A DNA stretch of 62,955 nt, filler included, from Basidiobolus ranarum (lineage: Eukaryota), in the NCBI GenBank assembly GCA_040143965.1. It is 20 parts of 20 records of this genome, joined end to end, with 100 filler letters (N's around TTAATTAATTAA, not from the genome) between each part and the next. Parts side by side here need not be neighbours in the genome. Positions count along the whole stretch, not along the records: positions 1 to 3,069 come from JASJQH010009629.1; positions 3,170 to 6,236 come from JASJQH010009630.1; positions 6,337 to 9,401 come from JASJQH010009631.1; positions 9,502 to 12,563 come from JASJQH010009632.1; 16 more parts are not named here. One strand, written 5' to 3'. Of this stretch, positions 1 through 12,563 are shown piece by piece; positions within the stretch are counted from its first letter, which is position 1, and every line of letters begins with the position of its first letter. Position numbers and translations under genes: made by a program. The notes under the pieces were generated by a model. It worked only from the letters and a program-made list of their open reading frames with translations, was not told where the DNA came from and ran no database searches.

Positions 1-640
1 TGGTTTGCCGGTTTTCCTATGAGATTTCTACTTTCATGTGCCCAAGCAATTTCGGGTCGTTGTGTAGGCTTCATGGTCCGACACATATTCTGCTCTGCTA
101 GATTGTCATGGCAATGTTCATACATATGGTGTGGGAACGATTGAAATCCCATATGAAAATGGATGGAAGGAGCAGCATGTTGCTGTAGCTCAAGTACAGC
201 ATTCTGAAGGTCTCATATCATGGCTGAGTGACTCTCTAGCTGTTGACTAGTTGCTTCCAAACACTGCATTAATTGCAATATTGTGGCATTATTACTTGTC
301 ATGGCCTGTAAAGCAATATATTCCCCAAATATTTTTGTAGATTTCTTTATACCCAAGGTTTAGCTGATATCCAACACATGCTTGTATCAATATCTCCATC
401 AAAGCCCACCATTGTATTAATGTTGCTAAATCAACATTCTTCCAGCTATCTGGCAGATATCCTGCAATAATATGCTACTCTGAGTTAAGTTCTTCCCAGA
501 TATTCACATGGTCAACACAAGCTTGAGTGACAAGTTGAAAGTTTTTCTTGTGAAGCCACTTTCTATATACTTGCACTGAGTTTTTGACTTTATACTTTTA
601 AAATACTCTTCAAGCACTTGTGCTATTTTTATAAGTTCTT
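1..640 (-). mobile_element. Decayed fragment of the CACTA/CMC element second-ORF region, with internal deletions
   Basis: Reverse complement matches parts of 28500-29500 (e.g. gaccttcagaatgctgtacttgagc, gggctttgatggagatattgatacaa). Confidence 0.8.
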
Positions 641-1965
641 GTAGGGTGACACTACTGAGGGTGATTTGTGGTGTTTGTTCAGCTTTTTGCTTGCCTATAA
701 GTTAGGCTTAATTTCAACACATTGAGAGGTACCATGTGTTTGATAAATTTTCAAATTTAGCACTCTTTCAACTTGTGTACCTAGTTCAATGGTGAAGTCA
801 AGCTTTTGCCAGTATATGTAACACTGGAAATGCAGATTTTTGTAGTGGTGCCATCATCAGAGCAAGTGATGGGAGTGCTGACATTCATAGTCTATTGGTT
901 TGCCAGTGTAGTGGTGGAAATATTCCAACATTATCTTCCACATAATAACTAGGAAGAACATTTTCTATTGCTATCTTATAATACTTTTACAGATCAGCAA
1001 CAAGGATAAGTATGTCTGATCACTCAGAGTTGCATCAATACTTAACTGATTACAGTAACTTTAATTTTGATCAAAAGACCTGAGTCAGAGCTTTGTAACC
1101 TTGAAAGAATCAAAAAATTTGTTGAAGTATTAGTAGAGCTTTAGCAATTTGAGAATTGACATCACAAAAATCAACACTAGCATATATGCAGAACACAGGA
1201 ACCCCAGATGTCAAGATGCTTCCAAAATTAGTGCTATCTATTGAACTAGCTGATGGAATCTCTTCAGAAATCGCACAGTGCAGCAACTGTACTAGATACT
1301 GATGTGTTCAAAGTTGCAAAGTTTTAACTGCTTTATTAGTGATCTTACTGGCATTTCTCTATTGAGCCACTCACTCAAAGTATTTATACTCAGCCACCAA
1401 TTCATAGCATTTAATATAAGTTATTTCTTTGCATAACCTGTCCTTCCCCCTATTGAATAAGCTACTAGACTTAGCAATACCCAAAGCTGCACCATACTGT
1501 TTATCCTTTCTTAAACTAAATATTCTACCTGGTCACATAGTAGGATAATAAAGATTCCCATTGCAACTCAACTAGGCTTGACTGTTGAAGATTGTAGTTC
1601 AAATTCTCTTGTAGTTATCTTCAATTTGACAGCCATAGAATATACTTCACTCGTTATCAAAGCCAATTTAATATAACTATACTGTTTTCTTTGGTCTTTA
1701 AGTTAGAGAAATAACTGTAGATACATCTACTCTTATATTATTAAGGATTCTTGACAGTTCTATCATCAGAAATAATCTTTTCTTAGAAAATCATTAAGTG
1801 ATGATATATTATATTGTGTCTTTGCTCTTTAAAGATTGAGTGGAGAATATATCTCCCATCAATATTCTTAAGCATCCAGTATAAAGAACTCAGCTTTGCA
1901 GGAGATTTGTAGTGGCATTAAGCTTTATTACTGAATATTTGAGCTGACATCTCCATTCACACTTC

Positions 1966-3069
1966 ACCAGTTTTCCTATGAGATTTCTACATTAATGTGC
2001 CAAAGCAATTTTTGGTTGTTGTGTAGGCTTAATGGTCTAACACATGTTTTACTCTTCTACATTGTCATGGTGACATTCATATGTATGGTGTGTGATTGAT
2101 TGAAATCTCATATGAAAATGGACAGAGAGATCAGCATGTTTCTGTAGCTCAAGTACAGCATTCTGAAGTTCTTGAATCATTGTTGAGTGACTTCTTAGCT
2201 GATGACTAGTTGCTTCAGAATGCTGCATTGATATTAATGTCACAGCATTGTTACTTGTCATGGGCTGTATAGAAGCTTGTAAGTTTCTACTGATGATTGT
2301 GTACAAATCATTTTAGTGTTCTGCATCAGAACCTCTTAATGTAATAATTCTCACCAAGTTGTCTATGGATGGTTATTCAATAGTTGGTAAAGTAGCCATT
2401 TTCAAAGTTGATGGTCTTGATGGTGTTTTGGTTGAACTTTGCTCAACCATAGATCTACTACATAGTTTTGGAATTGCTATCTGTTGACTGATACTATTGC
2501 TGAAAAGCAACTCATCTGGTAAATTGATTAATGCTTTATCTATACTGGAGTTGGCTTCCAGCTTGTTAATGCCTTCTAAAGGGAGTAGTGGATCACTAGC
2601 CCTGACAAAAACCAAATTAATTTGATCTGGATCAGATCCACCCTCCAAAAGAGCAAAACCATCAGAGAACCATGACAATATTGGTGTCTTGCATTCTGCC
2701 AGGGATTTTGATGGCGTGATGGCAGTTTTTTGACCGTATTTTGATAGTATTCATGCATGTTAAAATATTCATCCTCAAATTTGGCACGCATTGTTCAATA
2801 TCCAGCAATTTTTGCAAAATATAATTTTTAAATGGCTAATTACTGGGTTTACTGCTGTAGGAATTCAAATTAATATGCATGCCTTTATTTAGACATTTTA
2901 GGCTTTGTATTCCAGCCATAATGAGAATCAAAAATACAAGAATCTTGTTGTGTTTAGTCTCTACATATCCACATACTTGACTGATTAGACATAACTCAAC
3001 AACATCAATATGCTTTACCAGCAAACTAACAGTGGAGAAATTGCTAAACATCTGAAATTTTGAATAGCA
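1966..3069 (-). mobile_element. CACTA/CMC element: transposase 3' region plus start of second ORF, decayed
   Basis: ORFs 2836-3051, 2373-2678 and 2049-2306 are homologous to 52840-53290, 33121-33477 and 29808-30134. Confidence 0.85.
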
Positions 3070-3169
3070 NNNNNNNNNNNNNNNNNNNNNNNNNNNNNNN
3101 NNNNNNNNNNNNNTTAATTAATTAANNNNNNNNNNNNNNNNNNNNNNNNNNNNNNNNNNNNNNNNNNNN
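3070..3169. other. Artificial contig-joining spacer (first of 19)
   Basis: 44 N + palindromic TTAATTAATTAA (stops in all six frames) + 44 N. It recurs at 6237, 9402, 12564, 15725, 18886, 22045, 25201, 28356, 31510, 34663, 37812, 40958, 44103, 47247, 50390, 53533, 56675 and 59816. Contig lengths step down from 3069 to 3040 bp. Confidence 0.99.
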
Positions 3170-3235
3170 TTAGCCCTGTTTCTATCCACCGTTCTTTATC
3201 TAACACTAACGTCTTCCTAAACAGGGCCGATTCGT

Positions 3236-3300
3236 CCCTCAGAAATTTGAGGAAATGTTTAGCAAATATGATGTGAACAATCCTCAAATTTCTGTTAGGG
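3236..3300. mobile_element. 65-bp minimal derivative of the CMC element (two inverted ends)
   Basis: CCCT--CAGAAATTTGAGGA ... TCCTCAAATTTCTGTTAGGG. The same terminus occurs at 14970, 29800, 40869, 50045 and 50661. Confidence 0.7.
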
Positions 3301-3790
3301 CTAAAGTTAACTATGATGTTGAATAAAGATTAATTATCCAACAAATAAAATGTAGTGGTTAATGATTTGTTGCTTCCTTGTTGCTGATATCAATATCGTA
3401 ACTCAACTTAACTAAGATATGGAGTAAAAAATATCTATCCATACATATAGCATAGTGCTACATGTCTGGTGTATATCAATCCTGTTGAAAACAATATAGC
3501 TATAGCATCTATACTACCGTATGAATAAATTTCATTACAACATCAATTGACACTTGTGCTCAAAATTTATATGGAGTATTTCTACCAATTTGGAAGTTTC
3601 AAGATTATATCATTTTCTCAAACATGTTCAAAAGACTCTGAACTTTATACTCTAAGCCCAGGTTTATATACTTCTTGACAAAAGTAAAGAATGTCAACTT
3701 GCACAAAATGGATCAGCAAATGAAACCCACTAATTCTTCTAGTTCTCCAAATTGCTTTTAACAACTCCCAACATGCTTCAACAATCCCTC
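3301..3790. repeat. Copia LTR fragments (family B piece, family C-like piece)
   Basis: 3301-3345 matches the reverse complement of the 57602 LTR start. About 3560-3785 resembles the 10145-10491 LTR. Confidence 0.55.
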
Positions 3791-6336
3791 CTTTCAAATT
3801 TATACAGAAGTTGCTTTTTGTATATTAGTAGAAGGAATTCTGCCTAAAATTTCATAGATTTCTGAATCAAATTTGCATTTTATAAATCCCTCATATTTAA
3901 CAAGGCAAAATTAAGGCAAAACCTACTGATATATATATATCTCACATAGGTGCTCAATCTTGTATAGGCTTAGATTGCAAAGATATTGGCATATATAGTG
4001 CACATTTTGTGCAACAATCATTTCCAACATATTATAGCAACACAAGCTGGGGCAGAGTGATTTTTAGCTGAAGGCAAAATATATTATTATACTAATACTT
4101 CTTAAATAGGATATGCTGTGTTTTCTGAACACAATTATTGAATAATAACTCATATAGATCTCTCCAACACAGACATCGCAAATACTGCGTATGCATTGAA
4201 AGAATATGCTCTCATTCATACTTTTGAGCAATATTCTCGAATGCACTTAAGCCATGTTATCTATGCAAGATTAACTCACACCGAAGAGCAGCACAATTAC
4301 TAAATTTTCTCCAACCCTCATTAACTATGATAAGGTTGACTCTAAATGCTACAAGTATTTACAGTTATCGATAATAGTATATTGTACTTGCTGAATTGAA
4401 TCTGTATTTAACATTTTCATTGCCCTTTGCAATTCATAACTTTATGCCATTTAATCAGTTAATTTGGCCTAAGCGCAGACTACCTATCTTTCACTCTTCC
4501 TTCAAATATCTCTTAGTTCAACACATCCTTTACTTGACTTTCATCCAATGTACATCTGACACTAAAGCATCCAATTTTCAACCTACCAATATGGGTTTCT
4601 CAAATCCATAAATAGCTTAGCTTTTGGATTTGCAAATAATTTTCTGTAACTTATGAATTCTTTATTGACAAGTATCAATAAAGCTAGTAACAAGTATTAA
4701 TCTAATATGGGCTTCAACGTTCTCGTTCATCCAGCTTTCTTGGTGAATTCTATCTCTCTAATTTACGATAACTCCAGCGTATATGTCATCCAGTACTTAG
4801 CCACTCTATCATCATGACAAAATATGGCTATTCCACATGCTTCATCATAGTCCGAGCCATGTTAATATCACTTTCCCTTAACGACAACAGTTCTAAGGCT
4901 CGAAACATTGCTGTTTCTTAGGTTTAATCCAACTCAATAGTGTCCACCACTTTACTCTAGTATTATTATATATGTACTTTGCAACTAATGGAAGAGATAA
5001 AACTACCACAGGTTCGAACCGCATATACTTGTTATCCATATACTATCTTAAATTCAACAACCGGTTAGGATCAATTATAGAGCCTAATTCTAATCACAAC
5101 CACCCAATCCCTGGTATATTCCCAGCAAACCCATCTATTGACCATAGAGGAGCCTACCTTGAGGCCTTCGTCTATTATGAATGCAGTAATATCCCTTTTT
5201 CACATAGTACTATACTAAAATTATGAGTCCTCCAATATGATGGAAATTTGTGATTCATACAAATATGACTTTCTACTGATTTTTGAACATCATTTAAGCA
5301 CCATCTGATAACCATTATCAGAGGTTCTATCGGACATCTTACACGCACTCCATCCTAGCCGCCAGTTATATACTACTTGTCACTTACATGGCGGCATGCT
5401 AACACTTGGGATAACAAGGCCTATCAAGTCACAACCTAGAAACTAAGCAAAAAACACTCAACCATTGCAAGTGGAAGAGAAATGAGGAATTATGGTTTAT
5501 TTAAAGGTGACCTATTGTATTAGACACTTGGCTAATTAATATTTGACGTCTAGACGAGTAATCATCGTCGGTGAAACATACAAGTTAAGCCGGTCATGAT
5601 GAGAGATTTGGGTGAAATCAGATTAAGCGCAATTATTACGATTTCTGCACAAACCATGGTGAATGAAGTGGTGGGTAGCCTAAAATGGAAGATTTCTCCT
5701 ACTACAGAATGAATCTGATGTAATACCTCCGAAAAGGTTGGAAAAGCCTTGCTTAATGTCCACTTTCACCAATTATTCCGGCTTAGAAATCCAAGAGATA
5801 CATGGTTTCTAGTGATCCTAGTACAGTCTTCACTTCACCGTACACAATGGCTATATGGTAATCCAGTCATAATGCGCAGCTTCATACAATCCTTGTAGCA
5901 ATGAGGGAAGCATTGATGATCTGTGGGTAAGGTTAACAAATAGTCCAAACAGTATAAATCTATCTTACCAAACGGGTTACTTATCCTGGACCAAATACTA
6001 CCCCAACCTGGAATCGAGTTGGTCCAGTAGCAACGACACCGGTTTGGTCCATCTAAAATCACTTAATCCATCATGTTCAAGGGGAATTGAATGGAAGGGA
6101 AATTGGGGAATCGGAAATTATTGGTTAGCATGCATCGCTTGGCTACAATGGGCCATCAACCACTGCGTAATCCCACAAAAGGATATGCACAGAAACCCCC
6201 CTACATGAACACTAAAATTCTTTCCCATGGTTACACNNNNNNNNNNNNNNNNNNNNNNNNNNNNNNNNNNNNNNNNNNNNTTAATTAATTAANNNNNNNN
6301 NNNNNNNNNNNNNNNNNNNNNNNNNNNNNNNNNNNN

Positions 6337-7937
6337 TGGGGTACCAGTGAGCAATAACCGATTTGCGCTGTGATAGGATTTAAGCTCTTGAACAAGCTTA
6401 CAGTTCATGTTCTTGATACGATGACCTTCATCGATTACTAAATATTTCCAAGCATATTTCTAAGTTTCCAAGTTAGCCAACAGAATACCAAAGAGAGAGT
6501 ATTGTACGGAATTTACCTGAAGAAATTTACGATCGTTCATAACTATCTCATAAGAAGTTACTATCACAGGGAAGGTTTCTCCCAGTTTGGACATGCGTTT
6601 TTTACGCATCTCAGCGCGCTCATCAATTGTACCATGATAAAGAATAACCGGGACGGAAGGTGTAAATCTGGTCATATGTAAAACATAAATACTTGTACAG
6701 ACATTGGGTGAACTGTAAGAATGGATAGAGACCTATTGAATTCGTTTACCCAGTTCGAAAGGGTGGACATGGGAGCAACAACTAAGAATGGCCCCCAGAC
6801 ATTTCGTTCTCGTAAATACGCAAAGAAACTGATAGTTTGAAGTGTCTAATCAATCATAGTATGTTAATAATGATCAAATATGAGCAGTATTGCATTTCTT
6901 ATACTTTTCCGAGGCCCATCTCATCTGCTAAAATACCATTCAACCCATTCTCATAGAGAGAAACTAACCATTCAAGGCCAACTAATTGATATTCTTTCAT
7001 GATACCACCAGTAACCAAGGAAGGCTGGCGACTTGAAATGTTTTGATTCCCCCCATTTTGGAAACCGGCCTTTCCGGTGAAGGTTTCTTTACCATCATCA
7101 CCTTTGCGTCGTTTAGTGAGATCCTAAGTAAGTGTGTTAGCAAGGATAATGACCTGAGAATTAAGAAACTAAAAGCCCACATTGTCACCAACGTTATCGA
7201 AACTCTGATCACTCTTAGTATTCTTTCTTTTGCGACCTCGATTACTTCTTCTAGGCGTAGCGGAATCGTTACCTTCTTTTTGTATTTTCTCCTCCAAAAT
7301 TTGTTCCCGCTTTTCTTGCTGTTCTTTCTCCAGTTTTTGGGTAAGAAATTGGGAATATAATGTGGATTTTTCTAATAGATAGTTTAAGCGATTTAAGCGA
7401 CTGTTTTCTGTCTCTTGTTTAAGCTCTGCCATGGCCTGATTTGAACACAAAAAATATTAAAAATGCTGTTCTTTGAATGGTGGTGGAATAAATTATGTTT
7501 GGTAAAGCCTAAAATCTCAAAGTAGGTACCTGCTGTCTTTCATTTAAAACTTTAGGCTCGACTTTGGCTTCGTCGATTTTTACGAAAGAAGTTTCCTCTG
7601 TGGCTGCATCATTTTTTGTCACATTGAGAGGCTCGATGTGCTCTGAAACTTGGGTAAGCTAAGGAATGTTAAAGAAAGTATTGCTAGTAGTTAGTTTCTT
7701 AGTGAAAAAAAACCCTAGTCTTTCGCCACTTTTAAAAGATTACCTGACAAGTAATTATTTCAGCAGGTTCTGAGTTCTCTACTTTGACCTCAGTCTATGG
7801 TAATGTTAAGAATTTAGATTAAAAATAAGCAATAATGGTGATGCCTGTGAGCCATTCTTTTCCTAGTTGTGAATAGGTACGATGCTTACCTTAATGGCGG
7901 GCTCAAATATATTTTCATGAGCACTTATTCCAAGCAT
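6337..7937 (-). CDS. HELLS: SNF2-family chromatin remodeler of the HELLS/LSH/DDM1 (yeast Irc5) subfamily; 5' part, multi-exon, truncated by contig end
   Basis: Spliced at GT-AG introns it reads [16 protein letters not shown]/.../[19 protein letters not shown].../[93 protein letters not shown]...[56 protein letters not shown]. This covers helicase motifs I, Ia, II and III. Confidence 0.92.
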
Positions 7938-8684
7938 TTCAATTTGATTCCTTCAGGAAAATTTTCAAGTTAAACCAGGGGAAAACAGATAAAAGTACCA
8001 GTACGCTTTTGGTTATGGTTATGGTTTAAAGAATACCTTTATGAATTTGAGCAGAAATTTTGTAATAACTTCACAGAATATCGAACCTTGATTTATTAAA
8101 TCCCAAGCGGAGCAGTGGGTCACATTTAGTTGGGATAATGTTTTGTTTAGAAAATACGATCTATGACCAAATAAGAGCAAAGAAAAATATTGTTCGTGGA
8201 AGATTATTGGTTGAAAAAATTGTACTGATTACTAGATTTAGTTGTCACATACGAAAACACTCGATTCGTAGCTTGTAAACAAGAGTCGAAAAAATCTCAT
8301 GGATGAATGTTCTTAGTGGTCTAGACGTGACTCTGTGCATCAAGCTCATTCGCTTATTGCCTCATAACAATTGTTAGGTCATGGTGGATTTCATTGTTTC
8401 AAACAGTATTTGGTCAAGAGCATGTAGTTACCATGATTAAGGGAAGAAGTGCTGCGCCTACTACTTGCCTCTGACTTATATGGGGAACAACGAGTAGAAT
8501 GATTGGTGTTTATTGTGATGTTGCCTATGGGTATTACGGTATTTACAATGATCGTGAGATCTTCACTGAGTCAGCTACTGATTGTCATACAGCTTGAACA
8601 TCTGTGATGGATTCATGCGATTCTGATTCCGAATGCTGCTAATCCAGGGGGTTGGTGCTTGTGGTTGGATGTCGGTGCCGTTTG

Positions 8685-9401
8685 TCAAGCTATTTGTGAG
8701 GGATAGAACATATTGGTTGGTGAGTCGTTAAATTGTCGATGAGCTCCCAAGTGATAGTTCGTGTCGGTCACACTATTTGTAGCAAAGTAAGCGAACCCCA
8801 AGACAACGTAAAGTAACATCCATACCACTATAACCCACGTTGTAGATGCGATGTCCAACAAACTAGCATACCAGGCCACCGCCGTTCCCGCACTTTGAAT
8901 TGCTTTGTAGAAACCAGCGTGGCGCGAAAGAATCATAGCATTGTTTGTGGTGGTTCCCATCATCCAATAGCACCAACTCTGGATAGTTGCATCCGAAAAC
9001 CCACTCAAAAGTATCAGCACTAAAGAAGCACTATATGTATCATCAAGAATATCAATTCTCAAGCTCGTGACAGCCGTGTTAGACGCATTATTCATCTCCA
9101 TAAGAAGACAGCCTGCCCACGTCGCTGTAAAAAAGAATCCAATAAACATCAAGCCCAGTTTGGCTTTTTTCGATCGCACACACAAAGGGCTATCTAGATA
9201 TTGGCCGAATGTAAAAGCGCCTAACATCTGAGAAGCCCAATAACATACGGTGTTAAATATAACTGTTCGCTCTGTAAACAATCCATGGGTGAAGTGGCCT
9301 AGCCGGTAGCTATAGTAGAAGTTCGTGTAGAAGAAGATTGGAATAAGTAGGAGGATATACTATTTGAAGAGGGTTCTTCGGATTTGATGAAGCTCATGAC
9401 T
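8685..9401 (-). CDS. UNC-93-like (DUF895-type) MFS membrane protein, C-terminal half
   Basis: Multiple TM helices. Family-typical motifs YWASQMLGAF, WCYWMMG and SRHAGFYKAIQSAGTAVAW. The frame extends upstream through YILLLIPIFFYTNFYYSY to a TAG at 9360-9362. Confidence 0.8.
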
Positions 9402-9501
9402 NNNNNNNNNNNNNNNNNNNNNNNNNNNNNNNNNNNNNNNNNNNNTTAATTAATTAANNNNNNNNNNNNNNNNNNNNNNNNNNNNNNNNNNNNNNNNNNN
9501 N

Positions 9502-9757
9502 ATGTTTTAGTTACTTTATTCTTAAGATTATATGGTGCCTTATATAGTAGAAAATTCAATCAATTGTTTGAGATATTCAGGATGTTTGTGTAACAAGATA
9601 TAATAGATAAGTGGGGGAATATGACATACTTGTTATATAGATATAGAGATATTCCTATTTAGAACATAGGGGCTATAGATATGTTGCTTTCTGTTTCCAA
9701 TTTATGTATCATAACTAAAGTTAACTAAGATGTTGAATAACAATTAATAATTCAACA
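9502..9757 (-). repeat. Copia family B LTR (partial), inserted in a family C RNase H
   Basis: Reverse complement of the 57602-57916 LTR, ending at the TGTTG terminus (ttcaaca, 9751-9757). Confidence 0.8.
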
Positions 9758-10491
9758 GAATTCAAAGAAACAACCTACTATAGCACTTTCAACAGCAGAA
9801 GCAGAATACATGGCTGCCTGTAAAGCAACAAAAGAAGCAATGTGGTTTAGAAAACTCTTATCCAATTTAGGTTATTCTCAAAATTCACCAACTACAATGC
9901 TTCAAGAGAATCAAAGTTGTATCAAACTAGCTAAGAATCCCATGTTTCATAATAGAAGCAAACATATAGATATTAGACATCACTTCATTAGAGAAACTAT
10001 GGAGAATATGTTTATTAACTTAACTTATTGTTCTATGGAAGACATGATTGCTGATATATTAACCAAAACATTGGCTAGAAAGAAATTTGAGAAATTTAGA
10101 CCTTTCTTAGGATTAGTTTATATGATTATTTAGTTGAGAGAGTGTGTTGAAATTAGCTTTACCTAAGCACCTATATAGTCACATATAGCTTAGCTTTAAA
10201 TTATCTTATATTTCACTAATCTATTATCCATTATTCTCAATTAGAATTTACTTGGAATATTTTTATCAACATCAAAGTTCTCAGATATATGGATTTTTCA
10301 AACTTGTGCTAGAAGCCCCAAACTTTGCACACATGTTGCTGGGACCTTTCTTAATACACTCTACACATTAGTTTTATTACATCTTGGCAAAACTATAAAT
10401 GTCATGTTCCACTCGATAAATCAATAAATGAAAACCACCAATTTCTCTAATTCTCCAAACCACTTCCAACAGGCTCCCAAATACTTTAACA
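9758..10491 (+). mobile_element. Ty1/copia family C 3' end: RNase H, PPT and 3' LTR (10145-10491)
   Basis: SKKQPTIALSTAEAEY...FHNRSKHIDIRHHFIRE...ADILTK, then purine tract ttgagagagtg, then a 347-bp LTR TGTTGAA...TTTAACA. Confidence 0.92.
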
Positions 10492-10499
10492 GTTCTCAG

Positions 10500-10860
10500 C
10501 TATATAGATTTTCAATGTTGGCAAAAATATTTAAGTAAATTCCAATGGAAAATAATGGGTGATATCTTAGTTCAACATAGAATAAATAAAACTAAGCTAT
10601 GTATGACTATATAGGTGTTTAAGCAATGCCAATTTCAACACTAATTAGGAATACCTCTATATCTATATAACTTGTATGTCTTATCATCCCCAATTATCCA
10701 TTATATCTTATTGCACAAACTCCTGAATATCTCAAACAATTGATTTACTTCTCTGCTATATAAGTCACCATATTCTCTTAAGAATACAGTAACTAAAACA
10801 CTATCATAAGTTATCTCTAATATGCAAAGTCTACCCCCATTATGTGAAGATCCTCCAACA
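10500..10860. repeat. LTR fragments (inverted family C piece, then family B 3' half ending gatcctccaaca)
   Basis: Matches to the 10145 LTR (reverse) and to 57700-57916. Confidence 0.7.
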
Positions 10861-12100
10861 AAAGAAAGTCTAAATTTTACAAAATGTAGATACTGCTAAA
10901 TCAAGCACATGATAGCTTCATATGTTAAGTAGGCTATGTGCTTTGTTAGAAACTTCGGTTAATTACAAAACTCACCATGCTGGAAGCGTATCAAAGCTGC
11001 AAAGCATTAGCTAAGAATCCTAAATCGTTGACTGTAACCGTGGAATAACGTACTCAACCCTTAAAATTAGATAGTTTGTTAGCTACCTTGGTGAAAGCAA
11101 TGAAGCATCGAAATAATGTAGAAAGAGTACATCATTTTAAAAACTCTTAGATTTGTCCCAACATTAATAGGACGGGTCAGTGATAGATATTATAAGAGTA
11201 ACATACATTTGGCCATGTCAACAAAGAACTCCTTAAAACTGACAAATGCTTTACAGTGGGATATCTCTGTATACTAAAAATACAATCAAAATCTCGCGAT
11301 AACAGAGTCACTAATTACCAAGAAATGATTACTGCTGTTTGCAAAAGTCACTCACAAATTGGCAACTATCCTGAATGAGTCCCAAGAGGGGCGTACCAAA
11401 TGGATCATTGCACCAGGCTTCAAGGATATCGTTTCCATTTCATAGCTTAGTTACTGATTCTGGCTCTGTTTGTTTCACGAAGAACAACCTCAAAGGGAAC
11501 ATAATGGATTTGGTGGACCAGTAACATTGAGGAAACTCAACCAAGTCCTACCAGTAATACTGACTACTAAATTAAGTCCCATTTGTACTGCACTTTATAG
11601 TATAGAATATAGGACAAGTCAGACATCTCACCCATTAGAGGGTTAAACCGGTACACTCGGATATGATCTGATCGATTTCCGTTGTTCAATATGAATAGCC
11701 TTCCTGACCAAGGTCTGGTGAAATTGAATACAATACAGGTTAGATGCTAAGAAGGTAGAGTACATTGCAACTGACTCCATGCTTTGAAATGCAGTTGGGA
11801 GTTTAACATCGATTTGGGTAATACAAACCGCCCATTGGCAGCGGACCCTCTTCTAAACTGCTTAATTTTACAATATACAAGGTATCCGGGTAATTGTGTT
11901 GTCATTTGAAACCCTTTATCACAAAATCACTTGAATGAGTGAATTTATTTCGCGAAAAAAATTCTTTTAGAAAAATAAACAGGATACAGGTTGAAAGGTA
12001 CGATATAGTATTGAGATGTTACTTTGTATGGTAAGAATGGATATATGTCGGTAATATATTGCGAAAAGTAGTAAATATTCTAAAATCTTAGTGTGAAAAT

Positions 12101-12563
12101 TTAAGCACTTTCTTCAGTATTACCAGCTTCCTCAACAACACCATGCTCTTGAAGAACACTAACGGCCTCGTTAATCTTGGCCTCCAAAGCCTCAGAGCTC
12201 TCGATTAAGTGGAGTAATTCTCCGTTGTCCATCTCACGCAACATACCAGTAATCTTTACAGCGAGTGAAAATTGCACACCTTCACCACGAGGGAACAACT
12301 TTTCACCACGCATTTGCTTATGACCCCCTGGCTCGGCAGCCCCAACTCCGCTAGCATTGATGCCAGAAGTTGATTGAGGCGCAGCAACTGGGGCAACGGG
12401 AGCAGCATCTTCTTGGTTGTCAACTGGGTGGGCGGGTTGAGCACCTTGTCCATTGTTACGAGCATTGGCGCCATATTTGTAGCCACCACGGCCACGGCCT
12501 TGATGTCCACCACGTTGTCCTTGACGAGCAGCACGAGGACGACCACCTTGCATGTTGTTGAAT
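12101..12563 (-). CDS. PAB1: Polyadenylate-binding protein C-terminus (linker and MLLE/PABC domain), partial
   Basis: KQMRGEKLFP...KITGMLREMDNGELLHLIESSEALEAKINEAVSVL matches the PABC consensus KQxLGExLxP...KITGMLLEMDNxELLHL, preceded by a G/R/Q-rich linker. Confidence 0.85.

Noticed and set aside
3173-3227. 9-bp inverted repeat GCCCTGTTT...AAACAGGGC resembling PIF/Tourist ends
   Set aside because: Short, at a contig edge, no matching TSD and no second copy in the window.
3950-6236. Short ORFs in contig 2
   Set aside because: No recognisable motifs or consistent splice structure.
7043-7360. Antisense or alternative-frame ORFs over real genes and TEs (also 12370-12619, 33637-33933, 35559-35780, 36686-36895)
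   Set aside because: Shadow ORFs of coding sequence on the other strand or frame.
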